Shown in pieces: positions 11,501-25,100 of a stretch of DNA of 64,000 nt; positions within the stretch are counted from its first letter, which is position 1, and each line of letters opens with the position of its first letter. The DNA comes from Ascidiella aspersa (lineage: Eukaryota), in assembly GCA_963924565.1 (NCBI GenBank), contig OZ004609.1:25730001-25794000 (forward strand), written 5' to 3'. The notes under the pieces are model-generated. The model was given only the letters and a program-made list of their open reading frames with translations, was not told the origin of the DNA and ran no database searches. Both the position numbers and the translations under genes were made by a program.

Positions 11501-14500
11501 GGTTGTGAGCTTCTTCTGCAAATTTTGCAGCCTAACTATACCAAAGTTGTGCGAACACAAAACAAATAAACTGTAGCGTTTTATCTCTTTATAACCACAT
11601 AAACATCGCAAAACAACGACTCACCGCGCACAAGGTTTTGATTACGTTGATTTTGCACATGGGGCATGTTTGTCTGCTCTCCAGCCACGGGTCAATGCAC
11701 TTCTTGTGGTAGACGTGTCTGCAAAAACAAGAAAACACCGTTAAAAATGCCAATCGTATGACGAGCTATGACCAAATCGTATGAAGAGCTATGAAGGTAA
11801 CGGTAACTGGAAATTAGCAACGTATAGCTACACATTTTATACAAAATATAGAAGACATTCAAAGACATTTGCAAAGAAAATTGACAGCATTTCAAACACA
11901 TAAATTTGGATTGTGCGACGTTTTTTTAATACAGTACAGATGCAATGCTTAAAACAGTAACAAATAAATAAAAAAATTGGTTTTACAACGACACTTCTAT
12001 AAATAACGTAAGCTAGATATAAAAATTATCAGAGACTTTTGGAAAAATATAGGGTTATTTAATACTTTTCAATACACACAAAAAAACTGAATTAGGTATG
12101 TCGTCCATAACTAGCATTTCAAAGAGACAAACAAAATACCTGTGACGTGCTATTCAATATTTTTTATTTGTATTTATTTAAAAAAATGCTGTGCTGCCTA
12201 CTTAATTTATCTAACTTTACAAATTTATGGTTTATTTTATGCGCGGTTACGTGTGGTAAGTTGTGTAAAGAGAAGCTACAACAAACATATGACGCCCTGT
12301 TGTAAAACCGTTCCGATCCCTGGAAATTTTCACGAGCATTTTTATTGGTCTATGAAGGTTTATAGCTCAATAAAGTGCATTTGATTCGGGAGAAAAAATT
12401 CCGCGTAAATTCTGTTTATGCTCACAACATCCCAGAATGGCCCATACTCCTTCTGCAAATCTTTTTTTCTAACTGAAAAAAAAAAACAATTTCTCGCAGT
12501 ACTTAACATACAGCAAGACTGTTTTAAACCGCAAAACGAAACCAGGTATTGACTATAACTATATGCATCAAGCGAAAGGGTCAGCCCCTTTCAAACCTAA
12601 AACGAAAGACTAAAGGGGCAAACCAATGTGTGAGTCAGCATTACTCACCCGCAAGGCAGCTTTCGGACCGCCTCACCAACCCGGTAGCACTCGATGCAGA
12701 CCGCGCAGGTTTCCTCGTTGACTAGGACTTCGTCTCCTGACCGGACGGTGCGGGTGTCCAGCTTGGCGATCACCTTTCGCGTGAGGCTTTGGCGCTGTCT
12801 CTGCAAAAGGATTTTGGGCATTTACAACGCTGTTTGCTGTACGCGACCAGTCGAATATGTCGAGCGATAATTGTCGTTTTGATTTGCGTGTTGGTCGAAT
12901 TGCGGGGCCCATCTGTGCCGCTAAAATAGAAACCTCACGAACACGGAGAAAAACGGAAAAGGTGGGTAAGGGAAGTCGGAAAATAGCACGAAAACAGGGT
13001 GGTACTAGTGAGCTCGCCTCCTTTTGAATAGTGAAATAACGAACGTCATTACGGCAACCATATTTATGTTGGAACATAAGCACCTTTGAAGTGTTTTCGT
13101 TTTAGTAATGATTGGACACGTAAGATTCGAAAAACAATATCCTGGATTAAAAAAAGCAGGTATTAACAACATTTTCGTAAAGGCTCAAACCAAGTGCTTA
13201 TTAAAACTTTTCCGAAAATGTGGTTAAAACTTTTCCGAAATGTGGATTGGGGTTGTTTTAGCTCGGTTGTGGTCGTTTTTAACAAAATCACAAATGCATC
13301 TGGTTGGAGAACAAAGTAATGTACCAAAATATGTCATATGGGCCAGTCGAGTCAGTGTTCAATTTTATTTAGTTCGATTTCACTTGTGTGGGACTGGCAG
13401 TCATTTTGATTTCCCAACATCAGCGCCTCGCTTCGGCAAACTATTTAACACATTTGGCAGCTTATACGCAGATGATTGACAGCTATTCAGGTTGCGACTT
13501 CCGAGAAGTTGGTATGTAACTATGACGTGAAATGTAGGCTTGAGCGCTATTTCTGATAATCCGATATAAAAATAGAACAATTTGATGTTCAAGATAAATG
13601 TCCCTTCAGGCGGTTGAAAATCTAAACCAAAATAACAAACAGGCACACGACATTTTCTAGGCAAATAATTACGATTTTTTGTGGGGAAAATCCTTTTTTG
13701 GAATAGACTCTAATATAAAGTTAACTTTAACCAAGTACTTCGCGCTAGGATTTTCAACCAAACACTTTTTGGTATATAAACCAAAAACAGCTCTTCTGTT
13801 AGATCTACTTGTTTTGTAAATCAACTAGAATAAATTTCGTTTGTCACTGATATTTTAAATCGTGTTAAAGACTAACACGTGCACTCAGTGCCTGTTGTGG
13901 GAGGATTTTTAAGTTATTATCTACCACAGCACACAAAAACGTACTGTAAGGCACCTCAGGCCAATACACGCCTTCGCAAACACATTTTAATGTTAATTCC
14001 TACAAGCAAACGATAACAGTAATCCAGCTGACGTCTAACGATTACTAAAGCGGTGGCCGTTCACAACATTTCATTAGCTGATTGTTTCAGGAAGAAATGA
14101 TTTATTTTATGCATAAGTTCAAAAGGGCACATTTTCGTGAAGTCATTCAACCGATCCCGTGGCCAAACTAAACGGGGATATGACGCAAATCAATAACGCC
14201 TCAATTGATACAGCTCCACAGACCTCACGCAAGCAAGTGCCAATTATTTTGGACGATGTCTAGCTAGTCCCGTAATTTTTAAGGGCCTTATAGAACTATA
14301 CAGCACGGACCATATTTGCTACTCTATATCCGGACATAAATAACTTCAGAAATTCACGTTTCAAGCGTTAAAGTCAATCAGTTGTGACCAATAAGTCCTT
14401 TTATTAGTTCAAGGAATCAATATTGTTTGAAGGAATCAATATTGTGGTTTTATGGCAGAATGACTCATCAAACGTTCAACAAGAGGTCTTCTTAAGTTAA

Positions 14501-17163
14501 TTTACAATTTACAAAGTATTACCATTTAGGGTATTCGTCAACTTGTGTAGTACTAAAAATATAACATGGCCCTTTCATTTCAATGCGGAAATAGTAAAAA
14601 GTATACAAGAAGCACGTTTTAAATGTACGCCACTGCATTTAGGGAAAGTATCTACCTTACAGTACACAACAGGCGAATGTTTCACGATTAAAGCCACTGA
14701 CAGATTTCCACAAAATCTACTTTCCATGTAAGTTTGTGATCATTGGCAATTTCAAGCAACAATGACTTGACAAAAAGTTTGAATGGCAGACGAGCAAGCA
14801 GTGTTTCAATATTTATGGGAACACCAAACGAGGGTGTCAACTGTCAATCATTGGACACTTTTTGTGACTTTACACTGAACACCTATGTTTTGTACAAGTA
14901 ACCATACATCAGTGGCATTTTACACAAGGCATCAGGTGTGTGGCACTTCTAAATAGAATTACGTGGGGACAAAATGGAAGCTGTCATGTTATAAAGTTTA
15001 CCAAACTTACTTCTAGGCCTAAATGCAAATTGCTTTTTGACAAGTGGACCACCTTTCTCCCAAGGGTCATCATATTTTATGTATGCCATCATAATTTGTG
15101 TGTGTGTTTATTTATACAAAGGATTTATAATATATTAATTTTTGCCAAATGCATTACAAAGTGCACTTTAAATATAACCCGTTCATTTAAAGACTGTATA
15201 ATACTGAGCAGATCATAATTTCATGAAAACATACACACACATTAAAAATTTTTCTGTCATTAAACAAGTTATTGCCTTTTTAAAGTTTGGTTTAAAATGG
15301 CGACCAAACTTTCATGTATAAACTCGTTATATAATTCGGTGTTACTTGCTGATCTTATACCCTTACCTGGCCCCTGTTGTGTGCCTGAATAATTCGGAAT
15401 CTCTGAATGTAGTAGAAAACAAGCCAAGCAAGAGACACCAGCATCAAAATCATGAAGGAGACGGCAACAAATATTATTGTTGTCTTTTGTGGCTTGCCTC
15501 TGATGGAAAAAACAAGCTATTAGACAGATTATTTAAAATTTAGCCTTGGGAGAAAAAAAGATGGAACTTGCAATGTAGAGCTGGAAACATGTAATGTAGT
15601 GCATCTTTTAACATCAACCTCAAAATTTTTAATGTAATTCAAAGAAGTGCTTTAGGTCAGTTTATCGTTGTACCACAGTAGTACGATATTATGAAATATA
15701 TATGTGAGAAGTTGTTTAAGTTGAAAATAATCCGTTATTTTGGCAGTTACCAACCAGGAGCTTTACCATTGTAAAATGTAATAAACATACTTTTAGTTGT
15801 ACATAAATACCCTACATAGCAACATGTACTTCTAAAAACAAATATCAATTTTTATATATTTTAAGACATAGCTGCTGATTGCTAATATCGCAACTGTTTT
15901 CCCATTGTAATACAAATCAAATTTTTTGACATTTTAAATAAATAATTATGCATAATATTAATATGCATTTTGATGGCTTGTTATGTGTGATTTGTCCACC
16001 AGCGCTATTCAACATAAGTGAGCTTACCCTGGCTGTGGGTGTCTCTTTCCAGGATTTATATCAACAGTTACAATAACTCCATCGTTAACTTGAGCAGCAA
16101 TGGAAGAAGCAAGGCTGTGGTGTATTATGATCGACACAATATCTTGGGAACCTTAAAAGCAATAGAGGTGTCAGACAGTACAGGATTGGAGAATGTAATA
16201 TTTCAATGCTGTAGTTATACAACTTTTCTTACCTTCTGTAGCCATTTTTAAAAACAGTGTACTCCATTTATTTATTTATACAAATATATAAATAAAACCT
16301 TACTTTCATGGCTCATTATTGTATTTTCTTGTGAGTCCTTGTAATCATAAACAATAATTCCACTTGCATTTCCCCGTATTGCCTAAAAGTAAGGTAATTG
16401 AGTTTTTAAATAACAGGAATTCTCAAATTCCAAGTGGTATACCAATCAAGCAAATAACATTGCTAACTCACATTGTCAATCTTATCAGCAAATGAACAGT
16501 TTCCTCTTGAAACTAATGCTATCCATGGAAATGTCTTGGTAACGCGGTGGTAATCAAAATGACATCCATCAGTAATTCCTGTCTTGGTTATGAGCGAATG
16601 TACCACTTGCCCATGTGCATTTAGAATTGGTGAGTGAGCACCGTAACTACCAACCTCATCTGTGCCTGTTTCCGAACCCTTGGACAAAACAAGAAGATAA
16701 ACTAGTTGTTTGGCATGTACAATAGAAAAGGCACTTCTGTACAACTTAAATGCACAGGATTCAAAATCAGAATGTTGGTGTTCACATTTACACTAAATCA
16801 TTACAGTATTAAAAATTGGGCACTGGTCTAGAATCCTACCACATTATTAAATCAACGCGCACAATATTTGGTTTAGGGTTAGTATAATCATTATTTATTA
16901 ATAATACTTGACCCACCCTAACCCAAGCGCTAACCCCGCACCCTAACCCAAATAATGTGCGATGTGGTAGGATTCTAGACCGGCGCCAAAAATTGTGAAA
17001 GCCAACTTACAACTGAAAAATTCTGTTCATTCATAGTGTAGTTGAACACCACTACAGCACCATAATAGTAATCATTTGAGCTGTCTGTGGTTAGTCCAGC
17101 AGAAACAAATGAATCCAACAGGAAACTTGTTGTAACACAAAACAGCACTTTGTAGAGCATCAT
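5578..17163 (-). CDS. PA-TM-RING E3 ubiquitin ligase, Goliath/RNF130/RNF149/RNF150 family, about 381 aa
   Basis: Nine phase-consistent exons: 17163-17011, 16678-16472, 16382-16304, 16151-16028, 15499-15367, 12800-12649, 11718-11625, 8974-8897, 5703-5578. Signal peptide; PA domain ([16 protein letters not shown]); TM segment [26 protein letters not shown]; RING-H2 CAVCIE...[16 protein letters not shown]...CPMC. The last two (low-complexity) exons are less certain. Confidence 0.92.
6828..7099. mobile_element. hAT-type MITE (272 bp)
   Basis: TIR CAGGGGTTCTTAAACT / AGTTTAAGAACCCCTG; perfect 8-bp TSD ATTTAGAC at 6820-6827 and 7100-7107. Confidence 0.9.
7618..7855. mobile_element. hAT-type MITE (238 bp)
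   Basis: TIR CAGGGGTTCCCAACCT / AGGTTGGGAACCCCTG; TSD TTTTACAG/CTTTACAG (7 of 8). Confidence 0.88.
16819..16987. mobile_element. Merlin-like foldback MITE, family A
   Basis: About 26-bp TIR GGC(A/G)C(T/C)GGTCTAGAATCCTACCACAT; perfect 8-bp TSD AAAAATTG; internal GGGTTAG/CTAACCC arms. Confidence 0.85.
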
Positions 17164-17239
17164 TAGCTACTTTGTCTCTGTAATGAATAAAAACCCAAAT
17201 ATAACAATGAAAAGTTAAGATTAACTTAGGATAAAAATG

Positions 17240-17511
17240 GGCGCTCTTTCACTAGTGTACGTGAAAAGTTATGCAAAAAAAAATAATAATAATACTGCAT
17301 ACCACAACGCATATTGTTTGGGTTAGGGTGCGGGTGAGCGTTTGGGTGAGGGTGGGTCAAGTAATATTATGTTTATTATTAATACTAACTTGACCCACCC
17401 TCAACCAAACGCTAACCCGCACCCTAACCCAAACAATATGTGTTGTGGTATGCGGCATTTGAAGAAAAATTTTTTTTTAATAATTTTTACGTACAATAGT
17501 GAAAGAGCGCC
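17240..17511. mobile_element. Merlin-like foldback MITE, family B (almost entirely palindromic)
   Basis: TIR GGCGCTCTTTCACTA...TAGTGAAAGAGCGCC; perfect 8-bp TSD TAAAAATG; long internal inverted arms shared with family A. Confidence 0.88.
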
Positions 17512-19148
17512 TAAAAATGTTGCAAAATTATGGGGCATTATAAGAAGTTGTATGAAAATACCAATTACCAACCTTAATTCAACATAATGTATAAAATATA
17601 AAAAGCAAACTTTAAAACAAATTGATATTTAATTTTTGTTTAACACGGTATGTTTGTGCATCACAATTTATTTATTTATTTAGCAATAGATTAGCTTGCT
17701 TTTACAGTTATATATATATAACAAAAATATTATTATAACATGAAAGATTTTAAATGTTATAAATATGAATATAACAATATCGCATATATTTCAATGACTT
17801 TTGGGGGGCTTAAGGTAAGATAAAATGACATATTTTATCACTGTTGTTCTCTTTTTCTGATCTAAGCTTTTAGGGGTATATAAAATATAAAAATATTTAC
17901 TCAAGAAACAAAAACAGTTAGACTCAGCGGCCTACTTTTTATTCATTGTTTACGTAAAATCGGCTGTGATAACGCACAGAACCACTACTGAAAGCTGTCT
18001 ACTCATTTTTTCTCTGGATGTTGTGACGCTGCTTTGTTGCGATGTAAGTTGGTAAAGGGAAATGTTACTGCGTCACCTTGTGGTCATGAATAAATTAGTA
18101 AGTTAGTCCTTTGTAAATGGTTTTACGTTAGAATTAGATCAGTGAATAAAAAAAACTCAAAGAGGAATAATATTGGGCTTAACTGTTTGGTAAAACTCAT
18201 AGACCTAACAAAGACCTTTTTGTGGTGTTCACATGATTTTGTAATACGCTACTTTTGTTACCGAGCAGCCATAAACTTTTTTAATTTACTTATGAACAGC
18301 GACTAGCGGTATCTATTTTTTGCTGGTCATTATAGAAATCAGTAGTTAAAATAGTTAACAAGTCAAAAGTTTTGTTTCTTTGTACCTTTTTAGACGTAAT
18401 TCTGAATATTACATTAAATAGGCATGGTGGTAAACGAAAGAATACGAAATAAAATGTCTAAAACCACATAGATAGGGAACCGGTACATTGAGACCGGCCA
18501 TTTGTTCTAAAAAACTTTTTTAGTACGAATTACGTTAAGTATTAATTTAGGTGTGTCCCTGTCCATGTTTAAGTCCACAAAAAACGCAGTCCTCTGGCTG
18601 GTTTTCACATTTGATAAAAAAGACGGTTAGGAGACGGTAAGTCAAACAAAGTTTTATCGCACAAGCGACGTTTCATCTTGCTAAGCTTTTCCTGGTGATC
18701 ATGTTTCCGAGAAAGTTAGGACTTCCACACACAGCGTATTGATAAATATTTTTTTATTTCTAGCGTAACAAGCACACCATTGTTTTGTAATCAGCACAGC
18801 AGATAGCGCGTGAACTTTATAAATCTAGAGTTCGGGAACATGGACACGATAAACAATTCTTAAAACGAACGACGGAAGCGCCTTGGAGTGAGTGGAACAA
18901 AAATGATCATCACGAAAAACAAAGACACACAACGATTTACGTGTTGCTTTCCAGAATAAAATACGGCGTATATTTACATGCGACACTGCAAATAGTGTGT
19001 TATGTTTTTGTGTAGGTTGAAGGCACTTTTCCACACCAAAACCTATTTTAACTGAACTGAAAGTAAGTCATGATGTTTTTTGTTACCTTCGCCAGTCACC
19101 AATATATTCGCGCGAAAACTGATGCACGAATTTCGAACCAAAGCGAGA

Positions 19149-22100
19149 TTAGGTCGGGCGGGTCAGAAAGCCGTTCTTTTCGGGCTGGTAAAAGTCGTGG
19201 CACATAGCCTGCACCAGTTCGTTCAGTTCCTTCATCAGGTCTTCCCTGCAACTGAAATGAAACATAATAAGAATATCAAAGCCTATACAGAAGTAGGTAT
19301 CATTTTGAACGTTTCGAATAACTCTTTATTCATTTTCAACATCGCCTTATTACACCTCCATCCAATATGTCTGAAATGAAACAGTTTTGCAATTTATGCA
19401 ACAAATTTGCACTTAATAAAGGTAGACTAATGATAGCAATTTCTTTATATTGCACAGAGTTTTTAACTTGAAAAACTACCAAGAAAATTGAAACGAGAAG
19501 TATGACCTTAAGCACGTCGACCGAATTTTAGCTCAGGCTTTGTTTGTTATGTTTGACGCAGAAAGTTTATGTATAAATTTCTCAGTGTAAAATTGGTGCT
19601 TTGTTTTATTGCTGCAATTGTACTCTGGTTAAGTTTATTCGCAACCAAAAACCTCACCAAAACCAAATTCTCTCTTAGGAATTCGCAAAGGAAAAATCCT
19701 TATGACATATTATTTTAATTTCGTCAAAGTTTTTTATGCAAATCTACACAGAGTGTCCCATTTGCGTAGAATTGACTTACATTCCGACTTTTCCGCATAT
19801 TTCCGAGTAGTACTTAATCTTCGGCTCGGTGCCGCTGGTTCGAATCGTTAGCACCACTTGGTTGGAGAAATAGAAGGTGATCATATGACTTGATGCTGAA
19901 GACGGGAGAACCTAAAAGTAGCAGTTTTGAATGTTAATAAATGATAAGGGAATATGGTTACCGTTTGCTTCATTTAATTCTTGTGGTGAAAACGCTACAA
20001 ACCAAATAGAAAATATTGTAACTTAAAGGTTGTAAAAGGTTAGGATGAATAATATTACTCTTTAGGTTAAATGTAGATAGTGGGTGGAACATATCAACGG
20101 TGCGTCCCTCGCTGTACATTAGTCGTTTCATGTGTCATATAAGTTTTATTACGCCTTTCGGATTCGCAAGGTAAAGATAAAATAAAGTTTAAGTGTAATT
20201 GGATACCAAAAGTGAGTTGTGGCCGTGAAAGTGACGCATATTCAACCGTTTGAAGAAGGGCAGGAGTGTTACTTACCACAAACATCAGTTTGTTGTGTAC
20301 ACAAAAGCACTTTAGGCGTTCGTTAAAATGCTACGTGTATAACAGGTCAGGACGACGAAAACTGTCAAACATTAACTGAACGCGATGGAGAACTTTAAAG
20401 TGGAATATCTGACCAGCGCTTACCCATACAAAGATTTATGTTTTACGAAGACAGTGCTTTACATATATAAATTAGAGGTAAGGTACCAATGGAAACACTA
20501 TTAATTTGTTGTTAAAATACTCTATAATCTAAGATTTGCGAATTCTGTTCAACCGACTACACATTGCAAGATTATGTATGCATTTTTATTGACGAACATT
20601 TTCCCGTCTATCTATTATTTAATTTTCTCTTAATGACTGTTTCCGTGAATTTTTCTAAAAACGTTTTAACGATTTCGTATCACTAAAAAGTTTAAAAGGG
20701 TTGAATATACAGATAACAGTTTTTCGTTTGTACTATACGAAGTATCTATTTCGCCTAAAAGGCACTAACGGTTTCTGTAAAAAACTGTGAGGACGATCGT
20801 ATAAATAATTAAAATGAGCTACATGATCCTAAGGTCTAGACCAGGGTCTTTCACAGTAGTCTTCGGGGGTCACGACTGAACATGTATAATTTGAATTTTT
20901 CGCCAATAGAACTCAAGTTTTGTGTTTTTTAGGACTTTAGAGACCTCTCATGTAACGTTCCACGGCGTTTTTTTCTAATCCGTTGGTGGGGTGTGGTGGG
21001 CAAAAGCGCCAATGGATGAAAGAGGGTCCCTACACATAAAAGCCAGTACACAAATTGCCACGCACCGCCACTTTGTTTGCCTCGCGGCTGTCAAAACCGG
21101 TTGTCAGGTCTCGAACGTGGCTGATCGTGAAGCGGGCTAGCTTGCCCGGGTACCGGTGCCCTCTTGACTCGTCAACGATGTCGTCACCTGCGCTGGCGTC
21201 ATAGTGACGTAGTCGGTGGAACATGGCGTCGATTTTGTCGCGATCGTGTCCGATGTAGTAGGAGTTGCTGCTTACGTGATCGCCGTACCTAATTATCGCG
21301 TGATAGCGGCAAAGTGAAAGCTGTGTTTTTAGCCAGAGAACTTATGCCAATAGATGAAATATTTAAGATGTTTTAATTAATTTATTTAAATTTCCTCATA
21401 AGACAAGAAAATGGCGAAGCCATTGTTAACGGTGATATAAATGCGTAATCAAATTAGGCACGGAATAACTGTTGTTCGCCAAAGGTCGGTAACATCTGGA
21501 GAAAAGTTAATAGTACCCCTCGATGTATAAAGCATCAAATTATTTTTTTTAAAAGGCGACAAGGATTCCGTATCAGTTTAGTCTGAAAATCATCTTGCCT
21601 TTATCCGAAGTTTACATTTACTTAGTGATCTTGTATTTAAGACTATAAGTAAAAGGAACGCATATTTGATGTGTAAGGTCAATTATAAATCACATGATAG
21701 GTCGTTAAAAAAATAAAAAAGCCAGGTTACTTTTCGTAAATATTTTGAAGTTGCTGCGCTAGCGTGGTGCCTTTGGTTGCTAGGTAACAAGCGCACTCCG
21801 CCATAACCGACAAGCCACTGATTCCATCTTTATCGAGGACGTTGCTTCCGTACATGAACCCTGCAAAGCAAAACAGAAACGAAATACAGTTAATCTAAGT
21901 TTCTTTATTGTTTAAAACAGCGCTTCGTAACCTATGGCTGTTTACGCCCTAAGGCAGCGGCTCACGAAGTATGCGTCACGACCTAACTTGGGTTGTAAAG
22001 GGTAATCAAACGGGACGGTGAAATATGCCAATCGTTGACTGAATGATTCCTTTAATCAATGCTCGTTCTATGCCAACATAAACTAAATTATTGCATCTAA

Positions 22101-25100
22101 CGCATGTATTTGGCTTTATTGCGTTGAACTTATTATTGAATCATAAGCAGTTTTGGCGGTATTGAAGTCATTTCTTTGATAAATCACGTATGAGTTCACA
22201 AATTAAGTTTAGTTGATTACAGAATTATATTGGAGCTGAAAAGTTTATAGGTCAGTGGGCAGGAGCGGATCCAGTGGGGGGCAGGTCAATCCTATATGTT
22301 TTGACAGCTTTTACTACGTAAACACTTTTTTTGAAAACCACTGACCCAAAGGATAATTTGAAAACTTATTTAGGGTTGGGTTGAAATGAGATGCTCACTA
22401 AGAGTCCTAAATGACTGAATGTAGTTTGACGACATTTTGTGATAAATATTTGGGTCCTTCAGTTGCATTTTTTTTAATTCAATGCAGGGCATAACATTTT
22501 TTTTAATTGAAATCATTCAATTCTTCTCGTGGGTGACGATACCTAAATTTCAAATAAAGAAAGGGAACAAAATAAAACTGAGACAACAACCTAAATATTA
22601 AACAATTTTTTTCTTTTCTATCTCCCTCACAAATGTTTCGGAATTTAAGTGGCTCATGCATTATGGTTCCTCGTAAAGATGTCTTTTAAATTAGGCTGTT
22701 TGACATTAAAACAAAAATCAGGGCCTTTTGTCAGGCAAGGCGGCGAATACTTTGAAATGCTGTTTATTTACAATTGATGGCTTACCGATTGCTTCCTCGA
22801 ATGCATATAGGACCGTTTTGCCAGCTTTCATCAGTTGGTCGGCTCGGTTTCCCATCCATTTGAAACCCGTCAATGTGTCCTAAAACGTTTGTCGGTTCAC
22901 AGCAAGTCAGTTTACACGCGATACAAACGCCACTCTTCGCGGTGTTTTTGTAGTTTATCAAATCACAGATATACGTTGTGTATATAAATTTTTTAGGTGT
23001 TTGTTATTTACGTAGGAAATGCATTTATGTAATCACACTCGCACAGTGAAAACATTCAGTAAGGTAAGCGTCACGTATCTTCTCGTTTAAACGTCAGGTC
23101 TTATGCATGACACAAATCGCGACTTTAATAGAATAGCACTAGCTCCTACATCAAGACGCACCAAGGAAGTACGTTCAATCCATCATACGAAATTCACGAT
23201 TGCTCAAAAGTACATCGGTGGTAAAGGCAAGCGTGACAACTTTGCAAACTAACTGTAGGAATCATGCTTGCTTGGACGCGAAACACTTTGGATTATATTT
23301 GTTTATGACATGTACAGCAAACTTTTTTTTCTTTACTTGAAAACACATTACAGATTCACCTCATAGACTGATTATAATAAGACACAACAATTTATGATTG
23401 ACTTTTCAGGCCTGCTAAAAATTGGGATGTTTAAAGCTACACCTTAACTCAGGAGCGTTATTAAACTCACAGTTAAAAATATAATTAACACAGTGAACAA
23501 AAGATTATAGTACTGTAAAGCACCACTAGGCCAATTTCATAGGAAATAAAAAGGATCTAAAGGGCAGCCTCACCTCGAAAGAAAACCCCTCAACGCTTGC
23601 GATTGACCTCAAGATTACAGAAGATACGGTGCTACTGAGCATGTAAACGTCCTTGTTGGCACTTCTGTCCGGGTGATTCGTCTTAAACACGTGCCACGCC
23701 CAAAATCCAAACAACGCCCCTAAAATTTTACTGAGGTTATGGGAATACCAAGCTAGCTGCTAGTAAAACTGGAATAAGTGTTGATGATTTATCTAGCATA
23801 TAAATATAACAAATATAACACAGACATTAACGTCAGCGTTCTACTTAACTCGCAAGTTTTGGAAAATCTAAAAAAACGTAACAGAGCAGTGATTGCATAG
23901 CGAAAATCAAGCTAAAAATTAACTGGACGAGACAGTAAGCCAAACATTTTTTCAGATCTTTTTTAAAGGCATACTTTTATGTATTTTTGGTATAAAAATT
24001 GTCAGCAAACCATATCTTCACGTCCACATACCAAGTTCGTTTCCAGTGAAAACCCTCCACGTCCCGTCTTCTTTCTTCTCAGCAACTGCAAGTCTGTCAG
24101 CGTCAGGGTCATTTGCTAATATTATAGAACTTCCCGTTTCATCTGCAGTCCTCATAGCAAGCAACTGTTCAACAAGACAGCAATTACAAAGAGGCATACT
24201 GTACACTGTATAGCTTTAGCAACAGATTTCATGAATATATTTGCACACATTTCAGTGAATTAAATTATACAGGAAATTAAAACAATTGTAATATGTTAGG
24301 CAAGGCTTCAAAAAGTATTCTCAAGTTGGGTATGAAAGATGAAAAAAAAGTAAATTAATGAAAATATTGAACAATAAAATGCTCAAAATACATATTATTT
24401 ACCAAAACTCCCTTTCCCTCTTCCGGATTTGGATATTTTACAGTTGAAAATTCTGGGTCGGGGTTCATTTGCTCAGGAACGTCAGCAAACTTTGGAAGAC
24501 CAAACGTTTCAAAAGACTTTTTTGCATAATCAGAACCAACACCGTGAACAGGAGTATAGGTGAAACGCAGCAAAGTAGATTGATTTAAAGATCTGCATTT
24601 CAAAAATGTTGTTAAATTCACAATGTGTAACATATAGTTATTTATACTTAAGTTTTCTGCAACTAATTAAGAACAAATGCCATGTAAGTGAGTTTAAAAT
24701 TAAACCTACTTGTAATTGCTGTACTTTGAAAGATCTAAATAGTAGGAATCCATGACTTCACTTAACGGATCAATTATATTTGAAGAATTTAGACGGAATT
24801 TTTCATCCCATACCTCATTGCAAGAAGGGGTAAGATTTTCCATTATTGATGAGGCAATTCCTAAACAAGTGAGAAAGTATATGATTTTATAAAATATTAA
24901 AATCGAACATAAAAAGCAGAGTAGATTTTTACCTGAATCGTGAGGTGGAATGATTTGGGCACCATTATCCCAATACACCTTGTAGCCATTGTCCTGTTTT
25001 GGATTATGTGAAGCCGTCACCATAATGCCAGCACATGTTTTGTACTTCAAAACACCATAAGGCTACAAAACACCAATAAAACATTTTAATAACTCTTATG

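Noticed and set aside
13200-13245. Short tandem duplications (also about 1203-1250, 14411-14445, 33248-33279, 35244-35290, 59405-59444)
   Set aside because: Two to three copies without unique spacers; ordinary slippage duplications, not CRISPR-like arrays.
17310-17435. TTAGGG/CCCTAA telomere-like motifs
   Set aside because: Isolated copies inside foldback MITE arms, not a tandem telomeric array.
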